From NCBI RefSeq assembly GCF_963921235.1, contig NC_086108.1, positions 9,238,001 to 9,302,000 on the forward strand: 64,000 bases of DNA, written 5' to 3'. Positions within the stretch are counted from its first letter, which is position 1, and each line of letters opens with the position of its first letter. This document shows, piece after piece, positions 60,910 through 64,000 of this stretch. Below the pieces are notes generated by a model. That model was not told where the DNA came from and made no database searches. It was given only the letters and a program-made list of their open reading frames with translations. Origin of the DNA: Mobula hypostoma. Its lineage: Eukaryota. The position numbers and the translations under genes were made by a program.

Positions 60910-62251
60910 AAGCTATTTTATCTATCTATTGTCTTTTTATTATTATTGTGTTTTTTATTTTTTTTGTGCTGCATTGGACTCGGAGTAACAATTCATCCTC
61001 CTTTACACTTGTGTACTGGAAATGACACTAAACAATCTTGAACCTGGAAATTTTTATAAAATGCCGAGGGGCACTGCTGAGGTAGATGGTTGCAGTCTTT
61101 CTATTCCCAGGTGGGGGAGTCTAAAACTAGGTGAGAGAGATTGAAAGGGGACCTGAGGGATACGCTTTTCATACAGAGGGTAAATGAAATGAGCTGCTAG
61201 ATGTAGTGGTAGAGGCAGGCACATTTACATTTGAACAGGAGCGTGGATAGGAAAGGTTTAGACAATTGGCTAAATGCAGGCAAAAGGAATTAACAGAGAT
61301 AGACATCTTGGTCAATATAGATGAGCTGGGCTGAGGGGCCTGTTTCTCAGCAGTATAACTCTGACTCTTGCCACAAATGGGTAATTTACAGTAGCTACCA
61401 CCATGTCTTTGGGGAGGTACAGATTTAATCTCTTCAATTTTTCCTTTAAAGACAACTTACATATCCAATCTATAAATCTCCTCTGAACTGCCTTCCAAGG
61501 TTTAACATCTTTCCTTCGATAGGGAGACTAGTATCCAATCCTTACTTACTGCCCGTTACCCTGCTGGCATTTAGGGCCGCAGTGAAGTCCCTCCATGTCT
61601 GTCTGTATAGAAGGATTCTCCATTGCTGTTTCTGTAACAATTTTGGTTTACCAGTCAGGGTTGTTAGCCCTGAGCTGAAGTCCTGAACCTGGAGGACCGT
61701 TGGACTACTTTTAGTCTGGCCTCTACCCTTTGAACTGTTTGACATGGTTGACCATACCAAGAGTCAAAGTACAAGGCCCTGACCAGCCAACATTGTTCTC
61801 CGGTTCATTGAGGCAAGCCATCAAACTCTACGACAAGGTTGTCCTCTTGGAGGATTATAGACAGTAAGGACTCAGATATGTTCTCACCAATGTCCTATAG
61901 AACCAACATATAACCTCATTGCCTTTTATTGACTTTGCCCAGCTTCATACAGCAGTTGGTATTCCTAACTGCTTGCTGTGAATCGTGTATTAGAACAACT
62001 AGAACCCTCTGCATCTCAGAAATTTACCACTTCCCCCATTTCGACTGTGTGGTCTATCGTTTCGTCCTCCAAGATGGACATTTTCACACTTAATATTTTA
62101 CCTTGCTGGAGTATCTTCAACTGTGAATCAGAGTCTCAGAACATTTAGAACATTGAATAGTAATGCAAAGGAACAAGTCCTTTGGCTGTACCAAACTAAT
62201 TAAATTATTAATGAACTGCCCGACTAAACCAATCCCTTCTGCCTACATAAT

Positions 62252-63015
62252 GTCAGAATCAGGTTTATTATTACCAGCATGTGTTGTGAAATTTGTTAAC
62301 AACAGCTGCAGTTCAATGCAGAACATTCATATAGAAGAAGAAGGAAAAAAATAATAAGTAAATAAATAAATCAATTACAATATAAGTATATTGAATAGAT
62401 TAAAAATTTGTACAAAAAACAAATAATATAAAATAGTGAGGTAGTGTTCACGGGTTCAATGTCCATCTAGGAATTGGATTGGATGGCCGAGGGGAAGAAG
62501 CTGTTCCTTCAGGCTTCTGTACCTCCTACCTGATGGTAACAGTGAGAAAAGGGCATGGCCTGGGTGCTGGAGGTCCTTAATAATGGACGCTGCCTTTCTG
62601 AGACACTGCTCCTTGAAGATGTCCTGGGTACTTTGTAGGCGAGTACCCAAGATGGAGCTGACTGAATTTACAACCCTCTGCAGTTTCTTTTGGTCCCGTT
62701 CCCTCCCCCACCCCCATACCAGATAGTGATGCAGCCTGTCAGAATGTTCCCCACGATACATCTATAGAAGTTTTTGAGTGTATTTGTTGACATACCAAAT
62801 CTCTTCAAACTCCTAATGAAGTATAGTCGCTGCATTGCGCTGTTTGCTTTATAACTACATCAATATGTTGGGACCAGGTTAGGTCCTCAGAGATCTTGAA
62901 ACTGCTCATTCTCTCCACTTCTGATCCCTCTGTGAAGATTGGTATTTGTTTCTTCGTCTTACTCTTCCTGAAGTCCGCAATCAACTCTTTCGTCTTACTG
63001 ATGTTGAGTGCAATG
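62252..63015 (-). mobile_element. Rex1/Babar-like LINE 3' fragment
   Basis: KKLQRVVNS...KAASIIKDLQHPGHALFSLLPSGRRY; homologous to 30497-31140. Confidence 0.85.
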
Positions 63016-63134
63016 TCCCTATCCTTCCATTTCCTACCTATCTGAGAACTGATTGAATACCTGTATCATATATGCCTTCACTACTACCCCAAGCAGTGTA
63101 TTCTAGACACCCAGAAATCTGTGTTAAAAAAACT

Positions 63135-63482
63135 TGAACCAATTCCTACCCCCTACTTCCTCTATTCACCACTCTGAGCTTTTACTTCTCACCTGCCTAT
63201 CACTTCCCCTTGGGTCCCCTCATCCTTCCCTTTCTGCCATGGTCCACTCTCCTCTCCTATCAGATTCCTCCTTCAGCTTTCCCACCTATCACCTTCCAGC
63301 TAGCCTCCTTCCCCTCCCCCCCACCGTTTATTCTGGCACTTTTCCCCCTTCCTGAGGAAGGGTCTTGGCCCAGAGCTTTGACTGTTTATTCATTTCCATA
63401 GATGCTGCCTGACCTACTGAGTTCCTCCAGCATTTTGTGTGTGTTGCTCTGGATTTCCAGAATCTGCAGACTTTCTCGTGTT
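63135..63482 (+). mobile_element. Penelope pLTR/3' remnant
   Basis: Pyrimidine-rich tract, then CCTGAGGAAGGGTCTTGGCCC (decayed hammerhead) and GATGCTGCC...CCAGCATTTTGTGTGTGTTGC...CTGCAG. Confidence 0.7.
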
Positions 63483-63484
63483 CA

Positions 63485-63915
63485 GCTTTGAATTTACCCC
63501 ATCTCACTTTAAATGCACACTCTCTGGTATTAGGCATTTCAACTCTGGGAAAAAGATATTGGCTGTCTATCTCTGCCTCTCATAATCTTATAAACCTCTA
63601 TCAGATGTTCCCCCAGCCTCTGCTGCTCCTAAGGGAAAAAAATCCAAGTTCACACAGCACATGCCCCCTAATCCAGGCAGCATCTTGGTAAGCCTCTTTT
63701 GCACCCTCTCCAAAGCCTTGACATCCTTCCTATAATGTGGCAACCAGAACTATATGCAATGCTCCAGACGTAGCCTAACTTGAGTTTCATAAAACTGCAA
63801 AGTGACTTCTGGACTCTTGATCTCTTGAACTTAACTCCTGGACTAGGCAAGCATGCCATACACGTCCTTGACCATCCAAGTAACTTGTGTAGCCACTTTC
63901 AGGGAGCTGTGAAGT
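63485..63915 (-). mobile_element. Decayed CR1 fragment
   Basis: Minus-strand translation resembles the CR1 RT C-terminus (FWLPHYRKDV, NTRECAFK). Confidence 0.7.
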
Positions 63916-64000
63916 CCACACACAGCTTGTGTTCAGCTACATGAGTTTTGCTTGGTTAAAATTGAATTAACCTGGACATCCTCCATGTGGGTGGCAGGGT

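Overview
Eukaryotic, repeat-dense vertebrate DNA. It is CpG-poor apart from one CpG island and some young elements. The CR1/Rex1/Penelope repeat landscape suggests a cartilaginous fish, probably a ray (inference). One host gene is visible: the 5' part of a ZNF541 orthologue on the + strand. It has a CpG-island promoter at about 12.5-13.35 kb, a probable non-coding exon 1 ending at 13286, and phase-compatible coding exons at 23048-23354, 47836-47960 and 58888-59015; the gene continues beyond the window. Almost everything else is transposon-derived: several CR1 LINEs (one full-length with an esterase ORF1), a full-length L1-clade LINE, Rex1/Babar-like and RTE LINEs, and Penelope elements carrying degenerate minimal hammerhead ribozymes. 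There are also a Gypsy provirus with PNMA-like Gag and a tRNA-Pro primer site, nested solo LTRs, a near-intact DD34E Tc1, an internally deleted Helitron, hAT MITEs and a 42-bp minisatellite. Intron 2 contains a five-level nest of retroelements. I found no CRISPR array, rRNA, genuine tRNA or prokaryotic system, and nothing I can show to be a wholly new system. The best leads are the germline-type promoter motif cluster, the palindromic ribozyme-bearing Penelope insert, the Helitron and possible horizontally transferred DNA transposons.
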